64,000 nucleotides of DNA from Occultella glacieicola (GTDB lineage Bacteria > Actinomycetota > Actinomycetes > Actinomycetales > Beutenbergiaceae), in the NCBI RefSeq assembly GCF_004353825.1, contig NZ_SMNA01000005.1, positions 434,001 to 498,000 on the forward strand. The letters run 5' to 3'. Both the position numbers and the translations under genes were made by a program. Position 1 is the first letter of the stretch, and each line of letters opens with the position of its first letter. This document shows, in pieces, positions 38,483 through 48,834 of this stretch. The notes under the pieces were generated by a model. That model searched no databases. It was not told the origin of the DNA and was given only the letters and a program-made list of their open reading frames with translations.

Positions 38483-39037
38483 TCAACTCTGGTACACGTG
38501 TGGTGCGAGCGTGCCGACGAACGGCAGGTTGCGGTAGCGCTCGTCGTAGTCGAGTCCGTAGCCGACCACGAACTCGTTCGGGACCTCGAAGCCGATGTAG
38601 CGGACGTCCACGTCCACCTTGGCGGCGTCCGGCTTACGGAGCAGGGTCGCGATCTCGAGCGAGGCGGGGTTGCGGCTGCGGAGGTTGGACACGAGCCAGG
38701 AGAGGGTCAGCCCCGAGTCGATGATGTCCTCGACGATCAGCACGTGCTTGTCCAGCAGGTCGGTGTCGAGGTCCTTGAGGATACGGACCACGCCGGAGGA
38801 CTTCGTGCCGGACCCGTAGGAGGAGACTGCCATCCAGTCCATCTTGAGGTCGGTGTGCAGCCGGCGGGAGAGGTCCGCCATGACCATCACCGCACCCTTG
38901 AGGACGCCGACCAGCAGGAGCTCCCGGCCCGCGTAGTCGGCGTCGATCTGGGCCGCGAGCTCATCGAGCCGGGTCGCGATCTGCGCCTCGCTGACCAGGA
39001 CCTTCTCCAGGTCCGAGCCCATGTCGTTGGCGTCCAC
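38483..39037 (-). CDS. hpt: hypoxanthine phosphoribosyltransferase
   Basis: [27 protein letters not shown]. Confidence 0.97.
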   Translation of the reverse strand: MDANDMGSDLEKVLVSEAQIATRLDELAAQIDADYAGRELLLVGVLKGAVMVMADLSRRLHTDLKMDWMAVSSYGSGTKSSGVVRILKDLDTDLLDKHVLIVEDIIDSGLTLSWLVSNLRSRNPASLEIATLLRKPDAAKVDVDVRYIGFEVPNEFVVGYGLDYDERYRNLPFVGTLAPHVYQS

Positions 39038-40426
39038 TCAACTCTCCCGATTGTCACTGTGTCGATGAGGTGCTGTCGGTCCGTGCGGATCATCGGGTGC
39101 GGCGGCGCGAGCCGACGCTTCCGGAGCGCGCAGGAACAGCCTGCCATACCGACGGACCGCCTCGGTCGGCCCGGGTAGGTGGATGGGACCCTGCCCGTGC
39201 CAGTCGGTCAGGAGCGCGTCGAGGGCCCGCACGTGGATCCGGGCGAGCGCGCCGTCGTCGGCGCCGGCCTCGAGGGCGGCCAGCCGCAGGGCCCGACGGC
39301 GCAGGGCCGGGTGGGCGTCGACGAGCACCGACACCTCGAGCACCACGGCGGGCCCGACGGCGTCGGTGCCGTCCTGGGGGCCGGTGGCGGTTTGGAGGTC
39401 GACACCGGCCCGGGCGTCGGCGCCGTCCTGGAGGTCGGCGCCGGACCGGAGGTCGCTGCGCGAGCGGTGGCGAGCGTCCTCGAGCAGGCCGCGGGCGAGC
39501 TCGTCGAGCAGATCGGCGTCGTCGCGGGCCAGGTCCGCGGTGCGGGCCAGCGCGACCTCCACCCCGGGACCGAGGGCGCGGGTGAGTTCGGGCAGCACGC
39601 GATCCCGCACGGCCGCACGGGGCAGTGCGGCGCCGCCGGCGGTGCGCAGCGGTCCGTCGGCCGCGTTCGTGGGGTCCGTCCACACCAGCAGGTCGCCCAC
39701 CTCGCAGGCCCGCCGGGTCTGCTCGCGGCTCACGTCCAACAACGGGCGCCAGAACCGCCCGCGCACGGGCGCCATGCCGGCGAGCGCGCGGGTGCCGGAG
39801 CCTCGCGCCAGACCGAGCAGAACCGTCTCGGCCTGGTCGGCCCGGGTGTGCCCGAGCAGCACCCCGACGGCGTGGAACTCGGTCGCCGCCGCGTCGAGCA
39901 GTTCGTACCGCAGCAACCGGGCGGCGCCCTCCGGGCCCTCGCCCCTGGCGCCACCCACGCGACCCTCGGCCGCGTCCGGGACGGGACCGTGCCCACCCGC
40001 CGCACCACTGGCCGCTCCCCCCACGGCGACCACCCGCTCGACGGAACCGTCCTCGCCCATCGCACCGGCCGATCCCCCAGCGGCGACCACCCGCCTGGTG
40101 GAACCGTCCTCGCGCACCCCGCCGCCGTCGGGCGTCAGCACCCGGGCCGGGTCCAGGCCGAGCCCGGCGCACGTGGCGACCGCCCGCTCACTGACGGCAC
40201 GGCTGCCGTCCTGCAGGCCGTGGTCCACGCTGACGGCGCCCGCGCGGACCCCGAGCCGGGGTGCCACGAACGCGGCGGCCGCCGCGAGCGCGAGCGAGTC
40301 CGCACCACCGGAACAGGCCACCAGGACAAGGTCACCCGGGGTCAGGGCGCCATCGTCGAGTCGAGCCTGCAGGAAGGTCCGCACCGCAGTACGGACCGCG
40401 GCGACGGCGGGGTCGAGCCGTGGCAC
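39038..40426 (-). CDS. tilS: tRNA(Ile)-lysidine synthetase with repeat-derived insertions
   Basis: [38 protein letters not shown]; upstream of hpt. Confidence 0.93.
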   Translation of the reverse strand: MPRLDPAVAAVRTAVRTFLQARLDDGALTPGDLVLVACSGGADSLALAAAAAFVAPRLGVRAGAVSVDHGLQDGSRAVSERAVATCAGLGLDPARVLTPDGGGVREDGSTRRVVAAGGSAGAMGEDGSVERVVAVGGAASGAAGGHGPVPDAAEGRVGGARGEGPEGAARLLRYELLDAAATEFHAVGVLLGHTRADQAETVLLGLARGSGTRALAGMAPVRGRFWRPLLDVSREQTRRACEVGDLLVWTDPTNAADGPLRTAGGAALPRAAVRDRVLPELTRALGPGVEVALARTADLARDDADLLDELARGLLEDARHRSRSDLRSGADLQDGADARAGVDLQTATGPQDGTDAVGPAVVLEVSVLVDAHPALRRRALRLAALEAGADDGALARIHVRALDALLTDWHGQGPIHLPGPTEAVRRYGRLFLRAPEASARAAAPDDPHGPTAPHRHSDNRES

Positions 40427-41499
40427 TAGCCGTGGACCCGCCGTACCCAGGCGGCGGGGTCGGCGATCTCGGCGGCGGACGGCAGGTGTTCGGGCGCGGC
40501 CCAGACCGCGTTCAGGCCGGGGTGCCCGACCTTCGCCACGACGGCCCGGACGAACGCCGCGCCCTCGCGGTACTGGGCGAGCTTGGCGTCAAGGCCGAGG
40601 ACCCGGCGCAGCAGTGTGTCCACGAAGCCCTGGCCGGCGCGGCGGGCCTCGAAGGACTTGCGGATCGTGCGCACGGTGGGCACCACCCGCGGGCCGACCG
40701 CGTCCATCACCACGTCCGCGTGCCCCTCCAGCAGTGACATGACCGCGATCGAGGCGTCCATCGCCTCCTGCTCGGCCTCGGTCAGGACCGCGCCGAGGAG
40801 CGCGCCGCCGGCGCTCGCGGTCGCGGGCTCGCCGTCGCCGCGCAGCACTCGGGGCAGGGCGCCGATCAGGTCCCGCATCCGGGAGGCCGCGTCCTCCTCG
40901 ACGAGCAGGGTCGCCATGAGCTCACGCATCCGGGTGCGCATGTGGTCGGCGAGCCACGGAGCGGCGGCGAACTGGAGGGCGTGCGTCTGTTCGTGCAGGC
41001 AGACCCACAGGTGGAAGTCGGCGGCCCGGAGGTTGAGCTGGCGCTGCACGTGCAGGATGTTCGGGGCCACCAGGACCAGGCGGCCCGCGGTGACCGTGCC
41101 GTCGCCCTCGGTCCCGGTCGACGGCGGGGTGAACGGGTCGTACTGGCCGAGTACCCGGGAGGAGAGCAGGCTGAGCAGCGCGCCGAGTTCCTCGGCGGCG
41201 AACCGGGGGCCGCCCGGGCCCTTCGGGACCGGCATGAGGTCGCCGACCAGGTGCCGCAGCATGGCCAGGTTGCCCGCGGACCAGCGCGGCCGGTCGATCA
41301 CGTACACGGGCCCGGCCGCGGTCCGTTCCGCGGCCTCGGTCAGGTCGGTGACGGTGCCCACGAACTCCGGCGCGCGAACCGCCCCGGTGCGCAACGAGGC
41401 GACCAGCGCGCTCAGTTCCTCACGGTCGGCCGTGGGCCCGGGCCGGGCCAGCCGCGCCGCGCGGCGCGCGGCCAGGTCCCAGTCGACGGCGTCGGTCAC
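40426..41499 (-). CDS. zinc-dependent metalloprotease (zincin-like, conserved between dacB and tilS)
   Basis: [26 protein letters not shown] (HExxH), [21 protein letters not shown]. Confidence 0.9.
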   Translation of the reverse strand: MTDAVDWDLAARRAARLARPGPTADREELSALVASLRTGAVRAPEFVGTVTDLTEAAERTAAGPVYVIDRPRWSAGNLAMLRHLVGDLMPVPKGPGGPRFAAEELGALLSLLSSRVLGQYDPFTPPSTGTEGDGTVTAGRLVLVAPNILHVQRQLNLRAADFHLWVCLHEQTHALQFAAAPWLADHMRTRMRELMATLLVEEDAASRMRDLIGALPRVLRGDGEPATASAGGALLGAVLTEAEQEAMDASIAVMSLLEGHADVVMDAVGPRVVPTVRTIRKSFEARRAGQGFVDTLLRRVLGLDAKLAQYREGAAFVRAVVAKVGHPGLNAVWAAPEHLPSAAEIADPAAWVRRVHG

Positions 41500-41567
41500 C
41501 GGCTCGCTCCCCCGCGGGCCGGCGCAGCGGAGCGGGTGAGGCGTGGGACCGGCGCGACGGGATACAT
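41496..41567 (-). CDS. putative 23-aa leaderless upstream ORF
   Basis: TAGGCT-GGGGGG-ATG...CGG TGA; the TGA overlaps the metalloprotease GTG start. Confidence 0.45.
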   Translation of the reverse strand: MYPVAPVPRLTRSAAPARGGASR

Positions 41568-41710
41568 CCCCCCAGCCTAGGCGCGACATGCGGGCCGACG
41601 GCGGCCGAGCCGGCCGGGAGTGACGAAGTGGTCGCCACTCCAGCACCCCCACCGATGGGTCGGACGCGCGGAGCCCGGAACAAGTGGGCAACGAGTGGGG
41701 AACGGGTGGG

Positions 41711-43135
41711 TCAGGAGCAGCCGCACGCGGCGAGTCCGGCCGCCCACGCGTCGATCGCGACCCGAGCCTGGTAGGCGGCGCCGGGCGGGAAGGAGTTCGC
41801 GAGCACGCTGAATGCGAGCAGGCGGCCGTCCGACGTCGTCACCAGACCGGCGAGCGAGACCACCTGGGGCAGCGTGCCGGTCTTCGCGGACAGGGTCCCG
41901 GCGGCGTCGGTGTCGCCGAGCCGGTCGGCCAGGGTGCCCTCCAGGTGGGCGACGGGCAGGGCCTGGACGGCGGCGAGCAGTTCCGGCCGGCCGCCGGCGG
42001 CGATCAGGACGGTGGTGTCGGTGAGCATCCGCGGGGTGAGGGTGCTGTCGCGGGACAGGCCGGAGGTGTCCTGGAACTGCGCGCCGGTGACGTCGACGCC
42101 GAGCCGGGCGATCACGTCCAGCACGGCGATCCCGGCGCCGACGAAGCTGGCCTCCTGCCCGGTCTGCACGGCCGTCATCCGGCCGAGGACCTCGGCGAGG
42201 ACGTTGTCCGAGTGCTGCATCATGTACGCCACGATGTCCCGCAGCGGTGCGGACTCCACCGAGCCGAGCACGGTCGCGGTCTCCGGCCGGGCCGCCCGGG
42301 TCACGTCCCCGGTGACCGTGATGCCGCGGGCCGCGAGCGCAGCCGCGAAGTCCCCCGCCGCGGCCAGGGCGGCGTCGGAGGATCGGCGCGTGACGCCGTC
42401 GACGATCCCGATGTTGACGGCGAGCGGCATGATCGGCATCGCCCAGCCGCCGGCCAGGTCGACCTCACCCCAGTCCGGAGCGAGCGCGGGGCCGGTGAAC
42501 AGGGTGTCGTCGAGGGTGAGGGCGACCTCGGTGCGGCCCTGGGCGAGGAGTTCCGTGGCCACCTGCTCGGCGAGGTCGCCGAGCCCGGCGTGACCGATCG
42601 TGGCCTCGGGGTCACCGGCGTCCGCGGCGACGGTGATGTCGCCGCCGGCGACCAGAGTGATGGTGCCGTCGTCGGCGCCGACGACCTCGGTGGTGAACGT
42701 GTGCCGGTCCCCGTACGTCTCGAGCACCGCCACCCCGGTCAGGAGCTTGAGGGTGGACGCGGGCACGTACGGGTTGGTGGCCGACGACGCGTACAGCTCC
42801 TCGCCGGTGGCCACGTCCCGGACCGAGACCCCCGGGGTGGGGCCGACCCGGGCGTCCTCGAACAGCGGCGCCGTCAGCGCGGCGAGCGCATCCGCCGTCG
42901 GGACCGGTGCGTCCGGGTCGACGCCGGGTGCCTCGGCAGGGCTCGCCACGGTCGGCGAGGCCGGGTCCGGGAACGGGTCCGCGTCCGGCCACGGCGGGTC
43001 GTCGGTGAGCACACCGGGCGCCTGATCCGTGATGTCGAGGTAGGCGTAACCACCCAGTCCGACGATCACCAGGGCGAGGACGAGGCCGACGGCGAGTCCC
43101 CGACGGCGCCGCCGTCGCCGTTTCGTGCGTGCCAC
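41711..43135 (-). CDS. dacB: D-alanyl-D-alanine carboxypeptidase/endopeptidase (PBP4, peptidase S13)
   Basis: PASTLK (SxxK), HSDN (SxN), DTSGLS, AKTGTL (KTG); N-terminal TM. Confidence 0.94.
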   Translation of the reverse strand: MARTKRRRRRRRGLAVGLVLALVIVGLGGYAYLDITDQAPGVLTDDPPWPDADPFPDPASPTVASPAEAPGVDPDAPVPTADALAALTAPLFEDARVGPTPGVSVRDVATGEELYASSATNPYVPASTLKLLTGVAVLETYGDRHTFTTEVVGADDGTITLVAGGDITVAADAGDPEATIGHAGLGDLAEQVATELLAQGRTEVALTLDDTLFTGPALAPDWGEVDLAGGWAMPIMPLAVNIGIVDGVTRRSSDAALAAAGDFAAALAARGITVTGDVTRAARPETATVLGSVESAPLRDIVAYMMQHSDNVLAEVLGRMTAVQTGQEASFVGAGIAVLDVIARLGVDVTGAQFQDTSGLSRDSTLTPRMLTDTTVLIAAGGRPELLAAVQALPVAHLEGTLADRLGDTDAAGTLSAKTGTLPQVVSLAGLVTTSDGRLLAFSVLANSFPPGAAYQARVAIDAWAAGLAACGCS

Positions 43136-43257
43136 GCTCACCCCATCCGGTCCTCTGCCGCCACCTGCCGCCACCTGCCGCCACCGGGATGCCGCAGCCC
43201 GGGCCGGCGTAGGACAGACTATGGCAAGGACCATCAGGCGAACGGGAAGAGAAGACC

Positions 43258-43773
43258 GTGGAATTCGACGTCACCATCGAGATCCCCAAGGGGCAGCGCA
43301 ACAAGTACGAGGTGGATCACGAGACCGGACGGATCCGCCTGGACCGGATGCTGTTCACCTCCACGCGCTACCCGGACGACTACGGCTACATCGAGGGCAC
43401 CCTCGGCGAGGACGGTGACCCGCTCGACGCGCTGGTGCTGCTGGAGGAGCCGACCTTCCCCGGCTGCCTGATCCGGTGCCGGGCACTGGGGATGTTCCGG
43501 ATGCGCGACGAGGCCGGCGGCGACGACAAGGTGCTGTGTGTCCCGAAGGGCGACCAGCGCGCGTCCTGGCGCTCCGACATCGACGACGTCTCCGAGTTCC
43601 ACCGACTGGAGATCCAGCACTTCTTCGAGGTCTACAAGGACCTCGAGCCCGGCAAGTCCGTGGAGGGCGCCCACTGGGTCGGCCGCGCCGAGGCCGAGGC
43701 CGAGATCCAGCGCTCGTTCCAGCGTGCGATCGACACCGGCTACTCACACCCACAGCCGCATATCGCACACTGA
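43258..43773 (+). CDS. ppa: inorganic pyrophosphatase (family I)
   Basis: [34 protein letters not shown]. Confidence 0.97.
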   Translation: MEFDVTIEIPKGQRNKYEVDHETGRIRLDRMLFTSTRYPDDYGYIEGTLGEDGDPLDALVLLEEPTFPGCLIRCRALGMFRMRDEAGGDDKVLCVPKGDQRASWRSDIDDVSEFHRLEIQHFFEVYKDLEPGKSVEGAHWVGRAEAEAEIQRSFQRAIDTGYSHPQPHIAH

Positions 43774-43840
43774 CCGGGGGCGGCCGAGCCTGAGGTCGCA
43801 CGGTGAGTTTCGGGAACGACCCGGGTCTGTTCCGGGTGAG

Positions 43841-44371
43841 ATGACCCTACCCACCCCTGGAGCCACCATGCCCGGACCACGCCTGTCCCGCCCGGACCCC
43901 CGCTACGGGGACGACCCGACCGCGGCGCCGTGGGCCCGCACCGACCGGCTGCTGGCCGATGCGGAGCTGTACTGGCTGAGCACGGTGCGCGCCGACGGGC
44001 GCCCGCACGTGACGCCACTGATCGGCGCGTGGTTCGACGACCGGTTCCACTTCGCGAGCGGAGCCAGGGAGCAGAAGGTGCACAACCTCCTGCTGAACCC
44101 CCAGGTGGCCGTGACCACCGGGGCGAACGCATGGGCGGCGGGCACCGATGTGGTGCTCGAGGGCACGGCGCAGCGGTTGACGGAGCCGGTCCGGTTGCAG
44201 GCGTTCGCCGACGCCACCCTCGCGAAGTACGGCGAGGCGTGGCGGTTCACGGTCCACGGTGACGGCGTGGGCGACGGCGACCACCCGGCCTGGGTGTTCG
44301 CGGTGACACCGGCGAAGGTGCTCACGTTCGGCAAGGAACCGCACTCCCAGACGGCCCACATGTTCGACTGA
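43841..44371 (+). CDS. pyridoxamine 5'-phosphate oxidase-like (split beta-barrel) protein
   Basis: WLSTVRADGRPHVTPL, QKVHNL..NPQV, VVLEG.A. Start uncertain (43841 or 43868). Confidence 0.85.
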   Translation: MTLPTPGATMPGPRLSRPDPRYGDDPTAAPWARTDRLLADAELYWLSTVRADGRPHVTPLIGAWFDDRFHFASGAREQKVHNLLLNPQVAVTTGANAWAAGTDVVLEGTAQRLTEPVRLQAFADATLAKYGEAWRFTVHGDGVGDGDHPAWVFAVTPAKVLTFGKEPHSQTAHMFD

Positions 44372-44467
44372 GTCCCGTCTTCGCGGGGCCCTCGCCGAGC
44401 GGGCGGAGCATCGACGCGAACGCCGGACGACCTTCCCCGGGTCCTCCGGCGTTCGCCGTCCGGCCGG

Positions 44468-45814
44468 CTAGGGACGACCCGCCATCGGCAGCACGTTCGT
44501 CCACCAGATCGGGACGAGTTCCACGCTGCCACCGGGCCGCGGTGCGTGCACGCGCATCCCGTTCCCGGCGTAGATGGCCACGTGGTAGATGCGGCCGTTC
44601 TCGGCGTAGAAGATGAGGTCGCCGGGGATCATCTGGCTGACCGGGACGTGGCTGACGGCCGCGTACTGGTCCCTCGTCGTGCGCGGCAGGTTCACGCCGG
44701 CGTTCTGATAGGCGCGCATGGTGAGTCCGGAGCAGTCGTAACTGTTCGGGCCTGCAGCGCCGTACACGTACGGCTTGCCGATCTGCGTGCGCGCCCAGGC
44801 GAGGGCCGCGGCACCGGCGCCCGACGACGGCGGCGGGGTGGCGGCGGGCGGGGGCGTCGGCGCGGGAGTCGCCGGCGGCGCAGGGGTCGACGGCGGTGGC
44901 GCGGGTGTCGCGGGTGGTGCCGGGGTGCTCGGAGCCGGAGTGCTGGGCGCCGGGGTGCTCGGCCCGGCGGGCGTCGCCGGGGCGGCGGGCGTCGCCGGGG
45001 CGGCGGGCGCGGCCGGGGTTGCCACGGGAGCGCTGATCGCGGCGGCGGCCGCAGCGTTCTCCCGGTCCCGCTGCTGCTGCTCGAGCGCGGTCTGACGCTC
45101 GGCCTCGAGTTCCGCGGTGGTGTTGCGCAGGGCGGCGAGTTCGTTGATGAGGCCGGCCCGCTCGGACTGGGTGGTCTCGAGGGTGGTCTGTGCGGTGAAC
45201 GCGGCGGCATCCGCGGCGTCGGAGGCCTCCTCGAGCTCGGCGGTGGCCGCCTCCTGCTCCGCGAGCGCGTCGTCGGCCCGCTCGTGCATGATGTCGGCGA
45301 CCAGCTCCGCCGCGTCGAGCTCGCCGAGCGCGTCCGTGGCGTTGCCGCCGAGCCGGTCGAACGTCGTGGCCCCGTGGACCGCGTCCTGGACGCCGTCCGC
45401 GGACAGGAACATCGAGAGCTGCTGCAGGTCGCCGCCGTTGCGGTAGGCCGCGGTCGCGATGCGGGCCACCTCCTGGCTCGCTACGAGGACGGCGGCGTCC
45501 GCCTGGTCCGCGGCGACCTGGGCCGCTTCCGAGGCCTGCTCGGCATCCTCGAGGTCAACGGCAGCCTGGTTGTAGGCCTCGGCGGCGACGGCCGCCTCGA
45601 CGTTGGCGGCGTCGGCCGCGGCCGCGTTCGTGGCCAGCTGCACCTCGAGCGCGGCGATCTGGGCCGCCGTGCTCTGCTGGGCGGCCCGGGAGTCATCGAT
45701 GTCGTCCTGGCTGGGGATGGTCGGCTCGGCGGACGCCGACCCGACCGCCAGGGTGCCCGCGAGCGCCACCGAGCCGAGTACGGCGACGAGGCGTCGCCCG
45801 GGTCGTGCTCTCAC
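44468..45814 (-). CDS. secreted NlpC/P60 (C40) peptidoglycan endopeptidase with coiled coil (RipA-like)
   Basis: Signal peptide, coiled coil, Pro/Ala/Thr linker, GKPYVYGAAGPNSYDCSGL, YHVAIYAG. Confidence 0.94.
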   Translation of the reverse strand: MRARPGRRLVAVLGSVALAGTLAVGSASAEPTIPSQDDIDDSRAAQQSTAAQIAALEVQLATNAAAADAANVEAAVAAEAYNQAAVDLEDAEQASEAAQVAADQADAAVLVASQEVARIATAAYRNGGDLQQLSMFLSADGVQDAVHGATTFDRLGGNATDALGELDAAELVADIMHERADDALAEQEAATAELEEASDAADAAAFTAQTTLETTQSERAGLINELAALRNTTAELEAERQTALEQQQRDRENAAAAAAISAPVATPAAPAAPATPAAPATPAGPSTPAPSTPAPSTPAPPATPAPPPSTPAPPATPAPTPPPAATPPPSSGAGAAALAWARTQIGKPYVYGAAGPNSYDCSGLTMRAYQNAGVNLPRTTRDQYAAVSHVPVSQMIPGDLIFYAENGRIYHVAIYAGNGMRVHAPRPGGSVELVPIWWTNVLPMAGRP

Positions 45815-45991
45815 CGATCAGTCTCCATCCACTCCAGTGCCGAACGAATCCCCTCGACCCCGGTGACCGACCCAGAACTACACCGATGTCATTCGGATCT
45901 GAGTTTTCCCGGCGTGTCGGGTTGACGATTCGATCGCTGTCCGCCGCTCAACGTAGTGGAAGTTGTTGAATTTGTGAACACGAGTCCCAAC

Positions 45992-46018
45992 TTTCACATT
46001 TGTCACACGTGTCACAGG
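45992..46018. promoter_or_regulatory. three 9-bp direct repeats T(T/G)TCACAnn
   Basis: TTTCACATT / TGTCACACG / TGTCACAGG between NlpC/P60 and metY. Confidence 0.55.
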
Positions 46019-46176
46019 CACGAATCGCGGTGCCAGCATGCCGATCTCTACGTCCGAACCACTCACAGCCCGACGTCTTGCCATGTGAGATTTGCCAGTT
46101 ACCCCTTGGGACGGCACCTATCGTGGGAAACCATCGGTCCAGGACCACCCCACCCCCACACGCACCGGAGAGAGCC

Positions 46177-47526
46177 TTGAGCGAGAACTGGAACTTCGAG
46201 ACCCGTCAGATCCACGCCGGCCAGAGCCCCGACGGCCAGACCGGTGCCCGAGCCGTGCCGATCTACCAGACGACCTCCTTCGTGTTCAAGAACACCGAGG
46301 AGGCCGCGAACCGGTTCGCCCTGGCCGACCTGGGGCCGATCTACACCCGCATCGGCAATCCGACCCAGGCCACCGCGGAGGACCGGATCGCCTCCCTCGA
46401 GGGCGGCGTCGGGGCGCTCCTCGTGGCCTCCGGGCAGGCGGCGGAGACGCTCGCGATCCTGAACGTCGCCGAGGCCGGCGACCACGTCGTGGCCAGCCCG
46501 AGCCTGTACGGGGGCACCTACAACCTGCTCCACTACACGCTGCCCAAGCTCGGCATCTCGGTGACGTTCGTGGAGAACCCGGACGACCCGGAGTCCTGGC
46601 GCGCCGCCGCGCAGGAGAACACGAAGCTGTTCTTCGGGGAGACCATCCCGAACCCGAAGGGCGACGTCCTCGACATCGAGGCCGTGGCCACCGTGGCCCA
46701 CGAGGTCGGCGTGCCGCTGTTCGTGGACAACACCGTCGGCACCCCCTACCTGGTACGCCCCATCGAGTTCGGCGCTGACGTGGTCATCCACTCGACCACC
46801 AAGTACCTCGGCGGCCACGGCACCCAGATCGGCGGCGTGATCGTGGACGCCGGTAGCTTCGACTACGCCCAGCACCCGGAGCGTTTCCCGAACTACAACA
46901 CCCCGGACCCGAGCTACCACGGGCTCACCTACGCCAAGGACCTCGGCGTCGGCGGCGCGTTCGGCGTCAACCTCTCGTTCATCCTCAAGGCCAGGGTCCA
47001 GCTGCTGCGCGATCTCGGGCCGGCGGCCAGCCCGTTCAACGCGTTCCTGCTGCTGCAGGGGTTGGAGACCCTGTCGCTACGGGTCGAGCGACACATCGAG
47101 AACACCCAGAAGGTGGCGGCCTACCTCGAGGCCCACCCGCAGGTCCGCTCGGTGAACTACGCCGGCCTGCCCTCGAGCCCGTACCACGCGCTCGCCCAGA
47201 AGTACCTGCCCAAGGGCGCGGGCGCCGTGCTCGCGTTCGAGATCGAGGGCGGCCTCGACGCCGGCCGCGCGTTCGTGGACGGTCTCGAGCTGCACTCCCT
47301 GGTCGCGAACATCGGCGACGTGCGGTCCCTGGTGATCCACCCCGCCTCGACCACGCACAGCCAGCTCACGCCCGAGGAGCAGGCCGCGAGCGCCGTCACC
47401 CCGGGGCTCGTGCGCCTGTCCGTCGGCCTCGAGCACATCGACGACATCATCGCCGACCTGGACACCGGGTTCGCCGCGGCGATCGCGGTCCCGGCCGACG
47501 AGGCCGCCGAGCCGGCCGGCATCTGA
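46177..47526 (+). CDS. metY: O-acetylhomoserine aminocarboxypropyltransferase (sulfhydrylase)
   Basis: FETRQIHAG, VPIYQTTSF, IYTRIGNPT, HSTTKYLGGHG (PLP Lys), HPASTTHSQL; TTG start after GGAGAG. Confidence 0.95.
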   Translation: MSENWNFETRQIHAGQSPDGQTGARAVPIYQTTSFVFKNTEEAANRFALADLGPIYTRIGNPTQATAEDRIASLEGGVGALLVASGQAAETLAILNVAEAGDHVVASPSLYGGTYNLLHYTLPKLGISVTFVENPDDPESWRAAAQENTKLFFGETIPNPKGDVLDIEAVATVAHEVGVPLFVDNTVGTPYLVRPIEFGADVVIHSTTKYLGGHGTQIGGVIVDAGSFDYAQHPERFPNYNTPDPSYHGLTYAKDLGVGGAFGVNLSFILKARVQLLRDLGPAASPFNAFLLLQGLETLSLRVERHIENTQKVAAYLEAHPQVRSVNYAGLPSSPYHALAQKYLPKGAGAVLAFEIEGGLDAGRAFVDGLELHSLVANIGDVRSLVIHPASTTHSQLTPEEQAASAVTPGLVRLSVGLEHIDDIIADLDTGFAAAIAVPADEAAEPAGI

Positions 47527-47570
47527 CCGGGAACCGGACGACCGGGCGCACGAGGCAGGGACGAACTACC

Positions 47571-48797
47571 GTGGACGCAGTCCAGCAGGCGGAGGTGGCC
47601 ATGAGCGAGTCCGAACGACGCGCACACCGCCCGTCGGCGCGCGACCGCACCGCCGGTGGTCCGATCCCCGCCTCGTGCGCGTGGCGGGAGACGGATCCGG
47701 TCGGCAGGCGACGGTTCGCCGACCTCGGTCCACTGCACCTCGAGGCCGGTGGCAAACTGCCCGAGGTCCGGATGGCGTACGAGACCTGGGGCACGCTGAG
47801 CGCCCGGGCCGACAACGCCGTGCTGGTCCTGCATGCCCTCACCGGCGACTCGCACGTCACCGGCGACGCCGAGCCGGGCCACCCGACGGCCGGCTGGTGG
47901 TCGGACATGATCGGGCCGGGTCGTCCGATCGACACCGACCACTACTACGTGGTGGCGCCGAACGTGCTCGGTGGCTGCCAGGGCAGCACCGGTCCCTCCT
48001 CGGACGCCCCGAACGGAACCCCGTGGGGCAGCCGGTTCCCGTACGTGACGGTGCGCGACCAGGTGGCCGCCGAACGCGAACTCGCCGACCGGCTCGGCGT
48101 CGGCACCTGGGCCCTGGTCGTCGGGGCCTCGATGGGTGGGCACCGGGCCCTGGAATGGGCCGCCGGAGAGCCGGACCGGGTCGCCGCCGTCGCCGCGATC
48201 GCGACGTCGGCGCAGAGCACGGCGGACCAGATCGCGTGGGCGCACGCCCAGATCGGGGCGATCCGCGCCGACCCGCGCTACCGCGGCGGTGACTACTACG
48301 ACGCGGCCGCGGGCGACGGCCCGCACGTCGGCCTGGGGATCGCCCGGCAGATCGCCCACACCACCTACCGCAGCGCCCGCGAGCTGGACGAACGGTTCGG
48401 GCGGCTGCCCCAGGGCGGCGAGAACCCGCTCGGCGGCGGCGGCCGGTTCGCCGTCCAGTCCTACCTCGACCACCACGCGAACAAGCTCGCCCGCCGCTTC
48501 GACGCGAACTCCTACGTGGTCCTGACGGAGTCGATGAACACCCACGACATCGGCCGGGACCGAGGTGGCGTGGAGTCCGCGCTGGCCTCGATCACGGCCC
48601 GCACGCTCGCCGTCGCCGTGGATTCCGACCGCCTGTTCCTGCCCACCCAGTCCGAACGGATCGCCGCCGGCGCCCCGAGCGGCACCTACCGGTTGCTGCA
48701 CTCGGACTACGGGCACGACGGCTTCCTGATCGACTTCGACCAGCTCGGGCCGATCATCGCCGAGTTCCTCGGCAACCGCGCCTATCTGACCCGCTGA
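47571..48797 (+). CDS. metX: homoserine O-acetyltransferase
   Basis: HALTGDSH, NVLGGCQGSTGP, GASMGG, DSDRLF, GHDGFL. Start uncertain (47571 or 47601). Confidence 0.95.
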   Translation: MDAVQQAEVAMSESERRAHRPSARDRTAGGPIPASCAWRETDPVGRRRFADLGPLHLEAGGKLPEVRMAYETWGTLSARADNAVLVLHALTGDSHVTGDAEPGHPTAGWWSDMIGPGRPIDTDHYYVVAPNVLGGCQGSTGPSSDAPNGTPWGSRFPYVTVRDQVAAERELADRLGVGTWALVVGASMGGHRALEWAAGEPDRVAAVAAIATSAQSTADQIAWAHAQIGAIRADPRYRGGDYYDAAAGDGPHVGLGIARQIAHTTYRSARELDERFGRLPQGGENPLGGGGRFAVQSYLDHHANKLARRFDANSYVVLTESMNTHDIGRDRGGVESALASITARTLAVAVDSDRLFLPTQSERIAAGAPSGTYRLLHSDYGHDGFLIDFDQLGPIIAEFLGNRAYLTR

Positions 48798-48834
48798 GAC
48801 CCCCCGGGTCCCTCGTCGGGCCCGAACCTGACCG

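Noticed and set aside
44820..45030. Repeats within the NlpC/P60 gene as a mobile or novel element
   Set aside because: Ordinary Pro/Ala/Thr linker between the coiled coil and the catalytic domain.
45815..45960. c-di-AMP (ydaO) riboswitch upstream of the NlpC/P60 gene
   Set aside because: Plausible from context, but the characteristic GCCGAATCC and CCCGTCAGCTAAC-type motifs are not on the minus strand.
46020..46176. SAM riboswitch upstream of metY
   Set aside because: No recognisable SAM-I or SAM-IV core in the leader.
43774..46176. tRNA genes near ppa/NlpC
   Set aside because: No cloverleaf or T-loop (GTTCGAATC-type) signature in the intergenic gaps.
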